Source: an uncultured Alphaproteobacteria bacterium
Lineage (GTDB): Bacteria > Pseudomonadota > Alphaproteobacteria > Rhizobiales > Xanthobacteraceae
Assembly (NCBI GenBank): GCA_963835165.1
Contig: CAWIGD010000018.1
Span: 197,774-261,773 of the forward strand
Length of the DNA stretch: 64,000 nt
Direction of reading: 5' to 3'
The notes under the pieces were generated by a model. That model was not told where the DNA came from. It saw nothing but the letters and a program-made list of their open reading frames with translations, and did no database searches. Positions 11,878 through 21,292 of this stretch are shown in pieces; positions within the stretch are counted from its first letter, which is position 1, and every line of letters starts with the position of its first letter. The position numbers were made by a program, and so were the translations under genes.

Positions 11878-12043
11878 AAATTCATCGCCCGTGTTTGGGG
11901 GCTCTTAGCCGCATGCCGAACCCGAAATGTCAATCCGGAGGATGACCCGAGCAACCTGGGGTCGCAGGCGCGGCTGCGCGCTGTGGCGGCATCGGCTCCA
12001 GCATACGAGAATGGCTCGTTCTCCACCGAGGCGACCATAAAGT

Positions 12044-12057
12044 TAAACACGTGTTTA
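12044..12057. promoter_or_regulatory. Perfect 14-bp palindrome TAAACACGTGTTTA, candidate TetR operator
   Basis: Read directly from the sequence. It lies in the divergent TetR/amidohydrolase intergenic region, about 60 bp upstream of the ATG at 12117. Confidence 0.5.
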
Positions 12058-12116
12058 CATCCCGGCGTGTTTGGAGGTAACGTGGCGTCCCGGAAGATCT
12101 GGACGGGAGGATCATC

Positions 12117-13415
12117 ATGACCGCCGCGAGCAAGAAGACCCTGGTGGTCCGCAACGGCACGCTGATCGACGGCTCCGGCAAGCCGTCCTCGCGCAACGAT
12201 GCCATCGTCATCGAGGGCAACCGGATCAAGAGCGTCGGTGCGTTGCCGCCGGACGTGCAGCTCGAGGATCGCAGGACCGTGGAGGTGATCGATGCGGGCG
12301 GGCAGTGGATCATGCCCGGCCTGATCGATGCCCACTGCCACGTGTCCTACGGCTATCCGATGATCAAGGGCGAGGGCAAAGGCAAGGGCACGACCCGGCC
12401 GGAATTCTCCACGTTGAAATCCGCGCGCAGTGTGCAGAAGGTGCTGCGCTCCGGCGTCACCAGCATTTCGGTGCCGGGCGGCACCTGGTTCACCGACGTG
12501 GGCGTGCGCGACGCCATCAAGCTCGGGCTGATGGAAGGCCCGCGCATGTTCGTCGCCGGGCGCATGATCGTTACCTATGGCTGCATCGAGGACGACGAGC
12601 CGTCGTGGGAGGGCACACCCGATCATTCCATCGGTAAGCTCTGCAACACCGCCGATGAGATGGTCACCGAGGTCCGGCGGCAGGGCAAGCACGGCGTCAA
12701 TTTCATCAAGATGGCGGACAGTCGCGGCGGCGAATTGCAGATGCTGGCGAAGGACGAGATCTCCGCCGTTGTCGGTGAGGCGCACCGGCGCAACCTGCGT
12801 GTCGGGATTCACTCCCGGGGGGCGGGCTCCACGCGCGCCGCCGCCGAGGCAGGCGTCGATTGGATCATCCATGCCGATCTCGCGACCGACCGCGATCTCG
12901 AGGCCGTCGCCAAGGGCGGCATGCCGATCATTCCGACCGCTACGTTTCTGGCGGTGGTGGTGGAGCTCGGCCAGAGGGTCGGCGCCGAGCAGGTGCAGCT
13001 CGACATCAATCGCATGAAGCGGCACTTCGACCTGCTGTGCGAGCTCATGCACAAGGCGCGCAAGCTCGGCATCAAGCTGCTGGTCGGCACCGATACCGGC
13101 AACAACTCTTTCACGCATTATGGCGAGCTGCACGCCAAGGAGCTCGAAATCTTCGTCAAGCACGGCGGCTACACGCCGATGGAAGCCATCGTTGCGGCGA
13201 CCCGCGACAATGCCTACGCGGTCGGCCTCGAGGGCCAGGTCGGCGAGCTCGCGCCCGGCAAGCTTGCCGACATCATCGTGCTCAACAAGGATCCCATTGC
13301 GGATATCACCGTGTTGCAGGGCGGCAAGCACCTCTCCTGGGTGATCAAGGACGGCAGGATCGTCGACCTGGAGCCGCGCGACGACATGCTGACATTCCAG
13401 CAAGCAGCGGAATAG
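12117..13415 (+). CDS. Amidohydrolase family metallo-hydrolase
   Basis: Motif PGLIDAHCHVSYG (metal-binding HxH) and C-terminal GKLADIIVL, typical of the amidohydrolase superfamily. Confidence 0.85.
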   Translation: MTAASKKTLVVRNGTLIDGSGKPSSRNDAIVIEGNRIKSVGALPPDVQLEDRRTVEVIDAGGQWIMPGLIDAHCHVSYGYPMIKGEGKGKGTTRPEFSTLKSARSVQKVLRSGVTSISVPGGTWFTDVGVRDAIKLGLMEGPRMFVAGRMIVTYGCIEDDEPSWEGTPDHSIGKLCNTADEMVTEVRRQGKHGVNFIKMADSRGGELQMLAKDEISAVVGEAHRRNLRVGIHSRGAGSTRAAAEAGVDWIIHADLATDRDLEAVAKGGMPIIPTATFLAVVVELGQRVGAEQVQLDINRMKRHFDLLCELMHKARKLGIKLLVGTDTGNNSFTHYGELHAKELEIFVKHGGYTPMEAIVAATRDNAYAVGLEGQVGELAPGKLADIIVLNKDPIADITVLQGGKHLSWVIKDGRIVDLEPRDDMLTFQQAAE

Positions 13416-13527
13416 GATTTTCTGCCGGCAATCGGTGTATCGAGTCGTTGCCGGACTTGGCGTCGCGGGTCGGATTCGTCCGGCTCGCGGCGCCACATAT
13501 CGTGGGCCGCGGGCGACGTGAGGACGA

Positions 13528-14106
13528 ATGGCCGAGATCGCGCGTCTGCGCGTCGAGATCGACGAGGTAACGCCGGCGGTGATCCGCCGCGTCGAAGTGC
13601 CGGTCACGATTCGGCTCGACGATCTTCATTTCGTCCTGCAGATCGCGCTCGGCTGGCAGAACTGCCATCCGTTCGAGTTCCGGGTCGGCGAAACGGCGTG
13701 GGGACTGCTCGATCGCGATGACCCGGACTCCTCGCCGCTGTCGGCGGAGACGGCGACGCTGGCCGACGTGTTGGAACTCGCCGACACGTTCCGGTACGAC
13801 TACGTGTACGGAGAGGACTGGGCGCACACGGTCGCGTTGGAGGGTATGACAACTGCTGCACCTGCCGCCGATTATCCCCGTCTTGTGAGCGCGCAAGGCC
13901 GTTGTCCACCCGCGGATATCGGCGGGCCGACCGGCTACGAGACGTTTCTGCAGGCGATCGCGGATCCCGAGCACCTGCACCACGAGGGCATGATCGAGTG
14001 GGATGATCCCGACTTTGATCCCAACAAGGTCGACGAGCTAGCGATCCGCGCCAATCTGGCGAACCTCGGAAAATATCTGGGACGGCGCAAAGTCGAGCCG
14101 CATTGA
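13528..14106 (+). CDS. pRiA4b ORF-3-like (plasmid pRiA4b ORF3 / IS1096 TnpR passenger) family protein
   Basis: The N-terminus LRVEIDEVTPAVIRRVEVPVTIRLDDLHFVLQIALGWQNCHPFEF matches that family by eye. Confidence 0.7.
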   Translation: MAEIARLRVEIDEVTPAVIRRVEVPVTIRLDDLHFVLQIALGWQNCHPFEFRVGETAWGLLDRDDPDSSPLSAETATLADVLELADTFRYDYVYGEDWAHTVALEGMTTAAPAADYPRLVSAQGRCPPADIGGPTGYETFLQAIADPEHLHHEGMIEWDDPDFDPNKVDELAIRANLANLGKYLGRRKVEPH

Positions 14107-14116
14107 GCTGGCTACG

Positions 14117-15064
14117 CTACGGCTTCAACGCCGCGATCCGGTCAAGCTCCGCCAGGTCCTCCGCCGAGGGCGTCCAGTCCGCCGCGCGGATATTTTGCTC
14201 GATTTGGTCCGGCGTGGTGGCGCCGGCGATGACGCTCGCGATCACGGGATCGCGCAGCAGCCAGCCGAAGGCGAGTTCGAGCATGGTGCAATGGCGACGG
14301 GCGGCAAATGCTTCGAGCTCGCCGACGATGCGCCAGTTCCGCTCGTTGATGAACTCTTGCGCGTGGCGCTGGTTCTTCGCCAGCCGCGAGCCCGGCGGTA
14401 GCGGCGCCCCGCGCCGGTACTTGCCGGTGAGGAGGCCGCTGGCGAGCGGAAAGTAGGGCAGGATGCCCATGCCGCGCGCCTTCGCCATCGGAATGAGCTC
14501 GCGCTCGATGTCGCGCACAAGCAGGCTGTATTCGTCCTGGCAGGAAACGAAGGCCGCAAGGCCGTGCCGACTCGCCGTGTCGTGGGCCGCGATCACCTGC
14601 TGCGCCGAAAGGTTCGAGCAGCCGATGTAGCGGACCTTGCCCTGCCGCACGAGCTCGTCGAGCGCGCGCAACGTCTCCTCGATCGGCGTCTGCTCGTCGG
14701 GCCGGTGCAGCTGATAGAGGTCGATCCAATCGGTGCGCAGCCGCTTCAGGCTCGCCTCGACCGCATGCATTATGTAGCGACGTGACGCACCTCGCAGCTT
14801 GCCTGCGTCATCCATCGGCAACCCGAACTTGGTCGCGAGCACGATGTCCTTGCGCTTGTCGCCGAGGATGCGGCCGAGCGCCTCCTCCGAACCGCCCCTG
14901 TTGCCATAGCTGTCGGAGGTGTCGATCAGGTTGATGCCGAGCGCGATCGCTTGGTGCACCACGCGCTCCGAGGCCGCGAAATCGATGCGGCCGCCGAAAT
15001 TGTTGCCGCCGAGCCCGACCACGGACACGTCGAGCGCGGAAGCTCCAAGTCTGCGTTTCCTCAT
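14117..15064 (-). CDS. Aldo/keto reductase
   Basis: Motifs GINLIDTSDSYG and LYQLHRPD, with a typical 315-aa length. Confidence 0.9.
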   Translation of the reverse strand: MRKRRLGASALDVSVVGLGGNNFGGRIDFAASERVVHQAIALGINLIDTSDSYGNRGGSEEALGRILGDKRKDIVLATKFGLPMDDAGKLRGASRRYIMHAVEASLKRLRTDWIDLYQLHRPDEQTPIEETLRALDELVRQGKVRYIGCSNLSAQQVIAAHDTASRHGLAAFVSCQDEYSLLVRDIERELIPMAKARGMGILPYFPLASGLLTGKYRRGAPLPPGSRLAKNQRHAQEFINERNWRIVGELEAFAARRHCTMLELAFGWLLRDPVIASVIAGATTPDQIEQNIRAADWTPSAEDLAELDRIAALKP

Positions 15065-15161
15065 CGTGGTTTCCGTCTCACGCCGGCGCCCGCGCCAACA
15101 TGCTTCGGGACGCGTTGTTCGTAACGCCTCTCAGCGCAAGGAGGTCTGTGCGGCGTCCCGA

Positions 15162-16043
15162 TCACTGCGGGCGTGCAAGGCCAAGGATCTTGCGCGCTTC
15201 ATCGGGCGTCGCGATCTCGCGCCCGAGCCCGCGTGAGATTCCAACCATGCGCTCCACCAGCACGGCATTGTTCTTCGCGAATTCGCCCGGCGCCATGTAC
15301 GGATTGTCCTCATAGCCGACGCGCACGTGACCGCCAAGCGCGACCGCGAGCGCGAGAATCGGCCACTGCTTCTCCGGATTCATCACGCTGACATTCCAGA
15401 TGCAGTTCTGCGGAAGATTATCGACCATGAATTGCAGCGCGCGCTCGGTGGGCGGCGTCCAGGTGCCCCCGGGCCAGCCGATGAACAGCGTCGTATAGGT
15501 CTTGTCTCTCAGATATCCCTGCTTGCGCACGAATTCGAGGTGCCAGAACGCGCCGGTGGTGAAGCATTCGCATTCGAGCTTTACCTTGTGCTCCTCGGCG
15601 GCCTTGGCATAGGCCATGAGCTCCTCGACCGGATGAATCGCCATCATGCGCTTGGGCGGAAGCGAGGGCTCAGGCTGGAAATACTCGTCGTGCGCGTTGA
15701 AGCAGACCGCCATCATGTCCGGTCCGAGCTCCATCAGCTTGATTTTTTCCTCGATGCGCGCCGATGCCACGCCGAACTGCATGATCGGGTCGACCTTGTT
15801 CATGATCGCGTCCTGCAGGCGCTTCCAGTCGTCGTGATGGATGCGCGACACCTGCCGGCCGTCGGCCTGGATGGTTTCCTCGAGCGTGCGGCGGCCATGG
15901 ATGTGCGCGATCGCGGCGCCGGCATTGACGGCGTCGATATATTGCTGCGCCACACCCGGGACGTCCTCCTGCGTCGGGCACAGATGATTGTGCGGATAGG
16001 ACGTCCGCGAGTCGCAGGCGACCGTAATGATCAACTTTTCCAT
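15162..16043 (-). CDS. 3-keto-5-aminohexanoate cleavage enzyme family (BKACE/DUF849) protein
   Basis: N-terminus KLIITVACDSRTSYPHN, conserved His/Glu metal ligands in the pattern AIAHIHGR, 293 aa. Confidence 0.8.
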   Translation of the reverse strand: MEKLIITVACDSRTSYPHNHLCPTQEDVPGVAQQYIDAVNAGAAIAHIHGRRTLEETIQADGRQVSRIHHDDWKRLQDAIMNKVDPIMQFGVASARIEEKIKLMELGPDMMAVCFNAHDEYFQPEPSLPPKRMMAIHPVEELMAYAKAAEEHKVKLECECFTTGAFWHLEFVRKQGYLRDKTYTTLFIGWPGGTWTPPTERALQFMVDNLPQNCIWNVSVMNPEKQWPILALAVALGGHVRVGYEDNPYMAPGEFAKNNAVLVERMVGISRGLGREIATPDEARKILGLARPQ

Positions 16044-17104
16044 GTGCGCTCCTCGAGATTCCCTCGTTTGTGTTCGCTTTGACTGCGCTGGGGGGGCCCG
16101 GCGACAGGCTCGATCTGTCCGGATTGTCCCGCCCTCACGATGGCGTCGAACACGGCCATGCCGTGGAGCACCTCGTCGATCGGGACCGGATATGGCTTGC
16201 GATCGCTGATCGCGCGTGCGAACGCGGTGAGTTCGGCGTTGAGCATGTCGAAGCCGGCATGCTCGCTAACCTCATCGGGCGGGGCGGTCACCGGGCCGGT
16301 TGGCGCATGCTCCGACGTGGGCACGAAGCGCAATCTCTGCAAAGTGGGCTTTGAAATCTCCGCCAGCCCCTTGCTGCCGTAGAGCGTGAAACTGAAATTC
16401 GTCGCGGTGGCGACCGAGCAGAAAATCAGGCCGGTGGCGCCGCTGTCGAAGTGGAGCATGACCGTGGTCGTGTCGTCGGAAGGGCCGGGGATGTGGCGGG
16501 CGGTAACGCAGCGCACGTCGCGCACGCGGCCGGCGAACTCGATCATGTGATCGAGCGAATGCACGCCGACCGCCGTCAGCGCGCCGCCCGGCGCTTCTTC
16601 CGGCGCGGCGCGCCAATTGTCCGGCGGGATGAATTGGCCGGTGCTGGTGGTGTGCTGCGCCACCATCGAAACGACGGTGCCCAGCCGGCCGTCCCGGAGA
16701 CGCCGTCGCAGCTCGACCACCGAGGGATGGAAGCGCCGGCAGTAGCCGACCGCGAGCACCACGCCGGCCTTGCGTGCCGCCGCAACCGCTGCATCCGCGC
16801 TGCCGCGGTCCAGCGTGATCGGTTTCTCGACGTGGATGTGCTTGCCGGCGGCCGCTGCGGCCAGGATCTGCCGCTCATGCAGGCTGTGCGGCGTGGCGAG
16901 CACGACTGCGTCGACATCGACGTCGGCGAGGATCTGCTCATAGCTGTCGACCAGCGGTATGCCCTGGTCGCGGCAGAAGTCTTCTGCCGCCGCGCGCGTG
17001 CGGGTGTGGGCGGCGACGAAGCGGATGTCGTCGCTCTTGCCCTGCACCGACGCGACCAACGAGCGGCCCCAGCGTCCCAGCCCGACGATCGCTGCGCGAA
17101 CCAT
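16031..17104 (-). CDS. Gfo/Idh/MocA family NAD(P)-dependent oxidoreductase
   Basis: Rossmann N-terminus MVRAAIVGLGRWG and the EKP motif HIHVEKP. Overlaps the BKACE gene by 13 nt. The start was placed at 17104; the ORF is open up to 17155. Confidence 0.85.
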   Translation of the reverse strand: MVRAAIVGLGRWGRSLVASVQGKSDDIRFVAAHTRTRAAAEDFCRDQGIPLVDSYEQILADVDVDAVVLATPHSLHERQILAAAAAGKHIHVEKPITLDRGSADAAVAAARKAGVVLAVGYCRRFHPSVVELRRRLRDGRLGTVVSMVAQHTTSTGQFIPPDNWRAAPEEAPGGALTAVGVHSLDHMIEFAGRVRDVRCVTARHIPGPSDDTTTVMLHFDSGATGLIFCSVATATNFSFTLYGSKGLAEISKPTLQRLRFVPTSEHAPTGPVTAPPDEVSEHAGFDMLNAELTAFARAISDRKPYPVPIDEVLHGMAVFDAIVRAGQSGQIEPVAGPPQRSQSEHKRGNLEERTWKS

Positions 17105-17274
17105 GGATGACCTCGGTGGAGCGGGGGGAAGTGCAAGCAAGGGAGAGGCGTGCAAGGGGCGACGAGGTGCTCGATCCTCCGCGTCCTGCTTGCTTCGCTA
17201 ACAGGCTTCGCGTTCGATCGCGGGGAGGCTAACATCGGGGCCGCCTTCTCTCAACGCGCTGCCGGAACAAAATC

Positions 17275-18429
17275 ATGCAGACGAACGCCGCCGTCATCGG
17301 CGTAGGGCAGTCGGCCTATACCCGCCGCCCGGATCCGGGACAATCCACGCACACCTTCATCCGGGACGCAGTCGTGGCCGCGCTGAGGGATGCCGAGATC
17401 GACGCGCGCGAGATCGACGGGATGGCGCTCGCTTCGTTCTCGCTCGCGCCCGATGCCGCCGTGGATGTCGCCTGGAAGCTCGGCTTGTCGCTGCGCTGGC
17501 TCGTCCAGGATACCAACGGCGGTTCTTCCGCCATGAACATGCTCGGGCACGCGCTGCGCGGCGTCGAGACCGGCGCTGCCAGGAACATCCTGGTGGTCGG
17601 TGGTGACGCCACCGGGCTCGGCGGCTACGCCAAGGTCGCGGCGAACTTCAACATCGTCACGCAACTGCACCTCGCGCCGCTCGGTCACGGCGGGCCGAAC
17701 GGCGTCTATGCGCTGGTGACCAGCCGGCAGATGAAGACCTACGGCTTGCAAAAATCCGATTATGGTCAGCTCGCCATCGCGCAGCGCGCCTGGGCCGCCA
17801 ACAATCCCTACGCCGTTTATCGCACACCGATGACCATGGAGGAGTATCTCGCCGCGCCCTTGGTAGCCGATCCACTGTCGCGCTACGACTGCGTGCCGGT
17901 GGTCGCCGGCGCGCAGGCCATCGTCATCGCCCATCCCGACCGCTGCCCGCGCGGTCGTGCGCCCGTGCGCGTGCGCGCGCATCGCGCGAGCTTCAACTAT
18001 GACAATCAGGAGGGCGATGGGCTGCAGACCGGCATCAGCACCTTCGCCGGCGAGCTGTGGCAGGCCGCCGGCGTGCGGCCGGAGCACATCGACGTGGCGT
18101 CGATCTACGACGACTACCCCACCATGGTGCTGGCGCAGCTCAACGACCTCGGCATGATCGCGGGCAACGACCTCGCGTCCTTCGCGCGCCGCGACATCGG
18201 CGAGCGGCGGTTCCCGCTCAACACCTGGGGCGGGATGCTCTCCGCCGGCCAGCCGGGCGGACCGGCGGGCGGCCTCAACGGCATTTCCGAAGCTGTGCTG
18301 CAGTTGCAGCATCGCGCCGGCGCGCGGCAGGTGAAAGACGCCCGGCTGGCGGTAGCAAGCGGGTACGGCATGACGATGTATCGCTACGGCGGCACCGCGG
18401 CGGCCGCCATCCTGGAGCGGATGGAATGA
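17275..18429 (+). CDS. Thiolase-like (SCP-x/lipid-transfer type) protein
   Basis: 384 aa with a thiolase-fold pattern. It is followed by a DUF35 OB-fold partner, as is typical for this pairing. Confidence 0.75.
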   Translation: MQTNAAVIGVGQSAYTRRPDPGQSTHTFIRDAVVAALRDAEIDAREIDGMALASFSLAPDAAVDVAWKLGLSLRWLVQDTNGGSSAMNMLGHALRGVETGAARNILVVGGDATGLGGYAKVAANFNIVTQLHLAPLGHGGPNGVYALVTSRQMKTYGLQKSDYGQLAIAQRAWAANNPYAVYRTPMTMEEYLAAPLVADPLSRYDCVPVVAGAQAIVIAHPDRCPRGRAPVRVRAHRASFNYDNQEGDGLQTGISTFAGELWQAAGVRPEHIDVASIYDDYPTMVLAQLNDLGMIAGNDLASFARRDIGERRFPLNTWGGMLSAGQPGGPAGGLNGISEAVLQLQHRAGARQVKDARLAVASGYGMTMYRYGGTAAAAILERME

Positions 18430-18444
18430 GTTCAGAACAGCGAT

Positions 18445-18600
18445 GCTCCGCATTCTTGTCCCGGACGAGCGAGCGCGCAGCGCGAGCGAAGATCCGGGAC
18501 CCGAGGAGCCCCAGGCGTATCTCAAAGTAATTCTGCGCTTCGCAAATCTTGCGCCGGGTCCCGGGTCTCGTTTCGTTCCGCTCCACTCACCCGGGTCACG
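18445..18600. repeat. REP-like composite palindromic element
   Basis: Inverted repeat GTCCCGGA (18458-18465) / TCCGGGAC (18493-18500), plus three copies of CCGGGTC. It fills the thiolase-DUF35 junction. Confidence 0.6.
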
Positions 18601-18620
18601 GGAATCGTGGTGGGCGTGGC

Positions 18621-18929
18621 ATGATTCCCGGCGTTGGCATCTGGCGTTGCGTGAAGTGCCGGACGGGATTTTTCCCGCAGCGTCTCCTGTGCGCGCGCTG
18701 TCATGGCGACAGCTTCGCGCCCGATCGCGTCCACGAGGCTGTGGTGGAGGAGATTTCGATCATCCGGCATATGCTTGGGCAGACCGATTGGCAGCCGCGC
18801 CGGATCGCCAGCGTGCGTACCGTCGATGGCCAGCGCATCACGGTCGGACTCACCGACGAATCCGGGCCGGGCACCGTCATCGAGCTGTTCGAGCAGGACA
18901 CGGCGCCGTTCGGCGCCGCGAAAAAATGA
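18621..18929 (+). CDS. Zn-ribbon/OB-fold DUF35 family protein (thiolase partner)
   Basis: CxxC...CxxC motif (WRCVKCRTGFFPQRLLCARCHG) followed by an OB-like region. The start was placed at the internal ATG 18621. Confidence 0.7.
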   Translation: MIPGVGIWRCVKCRTGFFPQRLLCARCHGDSFAPDRVHEAVVEEISIIRHMLGQTDWQPRRIASVRTVDGQRITVGLTDESGPGTVIELFEQDTAPFGAAKK

Positions 18930-18983
18930 TCTAGGTCGGGAGGGGCCGCGGGAAGGGCGTCCCTTTGTCACCGGTCGCAAAAC

Positions 18984-19868
18984 CTACCCCGCCTTTTTCC
19001 ACGCCGCCTCGGCGTCCAGCACGCGGCGCGCGGCGTTTGCCATCGCGAGGTCGATCATGCGGCCGTCGACGGTGGTCGAGGCGCTGCCTTGCGCCGCCGC
19101 TTGGTCGAACGCCTCCAGCACGCGCGCGTAGTAGTCGAGCTCGGCCGCGCTCGGGCGGTAGAGCCGGTTGCAGGGCTCGATCTGCGCGGGATGAATAAGC
19201 TTGCGCCCGCGATAGCCGAGCCGACGCGAGAGCGCGGTATCGCGCTCGAAGCCTTCGGCGTCGCGGACATTGGCGAACACGCCGTCGAGCGGGGTGTCGA
19301 ACCGAGCCGCGCGCGCCGCCAAAAGCGTGTGCGAGCGGGCGTGCATCATTTCGGGCCCGTCGATCGACCAAGCGCAGCCTAGGTCCGTGTTGAGATCGCC
19401 ATCCTGCGCCCCGCCGAAGGTGAGCGAAGCGACGCGGCCGGCCGTGGTCGCCATGGTGTAGGCGTTGAGCACGCCGAGCGCGCTCTCGATCGAGAGGACC
19501 AGCTGGGTCGCGCCCGCCTTGACTCCGCGCGCCCGTTCGAGCGCGCCGACCATGCTGTCCCAGCGCGCCACCTCCTCGCGGGTCTCCACCTTGGGCAGGA
19601 AAAGCCCGGCGAGACCATCGCCGCCGATTACGGCGTCGAGGTCGGCTTCGGCGAGACCGGTGTTGAGCCCGTTCACCCGGACCCAGACCCGGTTGCCGGC
19701 GATCTTGGGCGCGTAAGCGCACACGCCGGCGCGCGCATTCGCCTTCTCCGCAAGCGGCACGGAATCTTCGAGATCGAAGATGAACGCGTCCGACGGCAGC
19801 CCGATCGCCTTCTCCAGGAATTTTTCGCGATTGGCCGGAACGTAGAGAAAGCTGCGCGCAAGCGGCAT
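18984..19868 (-). CDS. HpcH/HpaI aldolase/citrate lyase beta (CitE-like) acyl-CoA lyase
   Basis: N-terminus RSFLYVPANREKFLEKA..DAFIFDLEDSV is the CitE/malyl-CoA lyase signature. Confidence 0.85.
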   Translation of the reverse strand: MPLARSFLYVPANREKFLEKAIGLPSDAFIFDLEDSVPLAEKANARAGVCAYAPKIAGNRVWVRVNGLNTGLAEADLDAVIGGDGLAGLFLPKVETREEVARWDSMVGALERARGVKAGATQLVLSIESALGVLNAYTMATTAGRVASLTFGGAQDGDLNTDLGCAWSIDGPEMMHARSHTLLAARAARFDTPLDGVFANVRDAEGFERDTALSRRLGYRGRKLIHPAQIEPCNRLYRPSAAELDYYARVLEAFDQAAAQGSASTTVDGRMIDLAMANAARRVLDAEAAWKKAG

Positions 19869-19940
19869 GGTGGGATCCTCTCGGAGACGTCATTGCCGGG
19901 ATTGCCACCGCGAGTGGTCACCCGACTTGCGGGCCTCCAT

Positions 19941-20031
19941 ATTGCGGGCTCGGGGCACGCCCAAGCTCCGTGGCACTCCCTCCATTTTCGCAAGAAGATG
20001 GATGCGCGGGTCAAGCCCGCGCATGAAGAAT
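19941..20031. repeat. REP-like element, GCGCGGG-TCAAG-CCCGCGC hairpin family
   Basis: Contains GATGGATGCGCGGGTCAAGCCCGCGCATGAAGAAT. Related copies lie at 41094-41132, 51827-51919, 52821-52899 and 63891-63930. Confidence 0.7.
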
Positions 20032-21237
20032 CGGGTGTTGATCCGCCGCTACCCGCGTCACGCCCGCCGCCACCAGGTTACGGATGGCCGTGGATGAATA
20101 GCCGAGCTCGAGCAGCACTTCTTCGGAGTGCTCGCCCAGCATGGGAGAATGCCGATCGATCGCAGGACCATCGTGATCGAGCAGAACGGGATTGCGGGTG
20201 GTGCGCATCTTGCCGAGCCGCGGGTGCTGGATCTCCTGCATCACCCCGCGGGCGATGATCTGCGGATCGTCGAATACCTCCTTGAAATTGTTCACGCGCG
20301 CGCACGGCACGCCGGCGACGCGCAATGCCAGTTCCAGGTCCTCCGAGTCACGCACGCGCACGGCGGGTTCGACCAGCGGCAGCAGCGCATCCTCGTTGAG
20401 CTTACGCTTGGCGTAGGAGGAAAAGCGCGGATCGCTGACATGCGCCTCAAGGCCCAGCGTCTGCATCAGCCGGCCGAACAGCGCATCATTGGGCGTGCCG
20501 ATGGCGAGATAGCGCCCATCCCTGGTCTCGAACAGCTGATAGGGCGCGTTGAGGCGGTGCCGGTTGCCGAGCGGTTGCGGTACATTGTTGGTCTCGAGAT
20601 ACTCAGCGGCCTCCCAGGCGGCCGCCGCAATCGATGCTTCCACCAGCGAGACATCGGCGATGCGTCCCTCCCCGTTGCGCGCGGCGCCGACGAGCCCGGC
20701 GAGCGTCGCATAGGTCGCGAATAATGCGCCGAACACATCGGCAGTCTGCACGCCCGGCCGCATCGGCATCTTGCCGGGCTCGCCGGTCACCGACAGCGCG
20801 CCCGAAAACGCCTCGATGATCAGGTTGACGCCAGCACGTCGGCGGTCGGGTCCGGTCTGGCCGAAGCCCGAGACCGAGGTGTAGACGATAAGCGGTTGCA
20901 CGGCCTTCACGTCGGCGGCGCCGAGCCCGAGCTTGTCGAGCGCACCCGGCCGGTACGCTTCCAGGAATACGTCCGATTTGCCCGCGAGCTTGAGCAGGAT
21001 CTCGATCGCCTGCGGCCGCTTGAGATCGAGCACCAGGCTGCGCTTGTTGCGGTTGAGCGCGACGAAGCTCACGCTCTCGTCGTTGCGGATCGGCGGCGTC
21101 GCGCGGCCCATGTCGCCCTGCGGCGGCTCGACCTTGATCACGTCCGCTCCCATGTCGGCGAGCAGCGTGCCGGCGAGCGGGCCCGCGATGAAATTCGCCA
21201 GCTCGATGACCCGAATCCCCGCCAGCGGTTTTGGCAT
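20011..21237 (-). CDS. CaiB/BaiF family (family III) CoA-transferase
   Basis: N-terminus LAGIRVIELANFIAGPLAGTLLADMGADVIKVE. Confidence 0.9.
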   Translation of the reverse strand: MPKPLAGIRVIELANFIAGPLAGTLLADMGADVIKVEPPQGDMGRATPPIRNDESVSFVALNRNKRSLVLDLKRPQAIEILLKLAGKSDVFLEAYRPGALDKLGLGAADVKAVQPLIVYTSVSGFGQTGPDRRRAGVNLIIEAFSGALSVTGEPGKMPMRPGVQTADVFGALFATYATLAGLVGAARNGEGRIADVSLVEASIAAAAWEAAEYLETNNVPQPLGNRHRLNAPYQLFETRDGRYLAIGTPNDALFGRLMQTLGLEAHVSDPRFSSYAKRKLNEDALLPLVEPAVRVRDSEDLELALRVAGVPCARVNNFKEVFDDPQIIARGVMQEIQHPRLGKMRTTRNPVLLDHDGPAIDRHSPMLGEHSEEVLLELGYSSTAIRNLVAAGVTRVAADQHPILHARA

Positions 21238-21292
21238 GTCGTTTCCTTAGTGCAGTCCGGTTGTCAAAGGCGCCTGCAAGATCGGGACTGAC

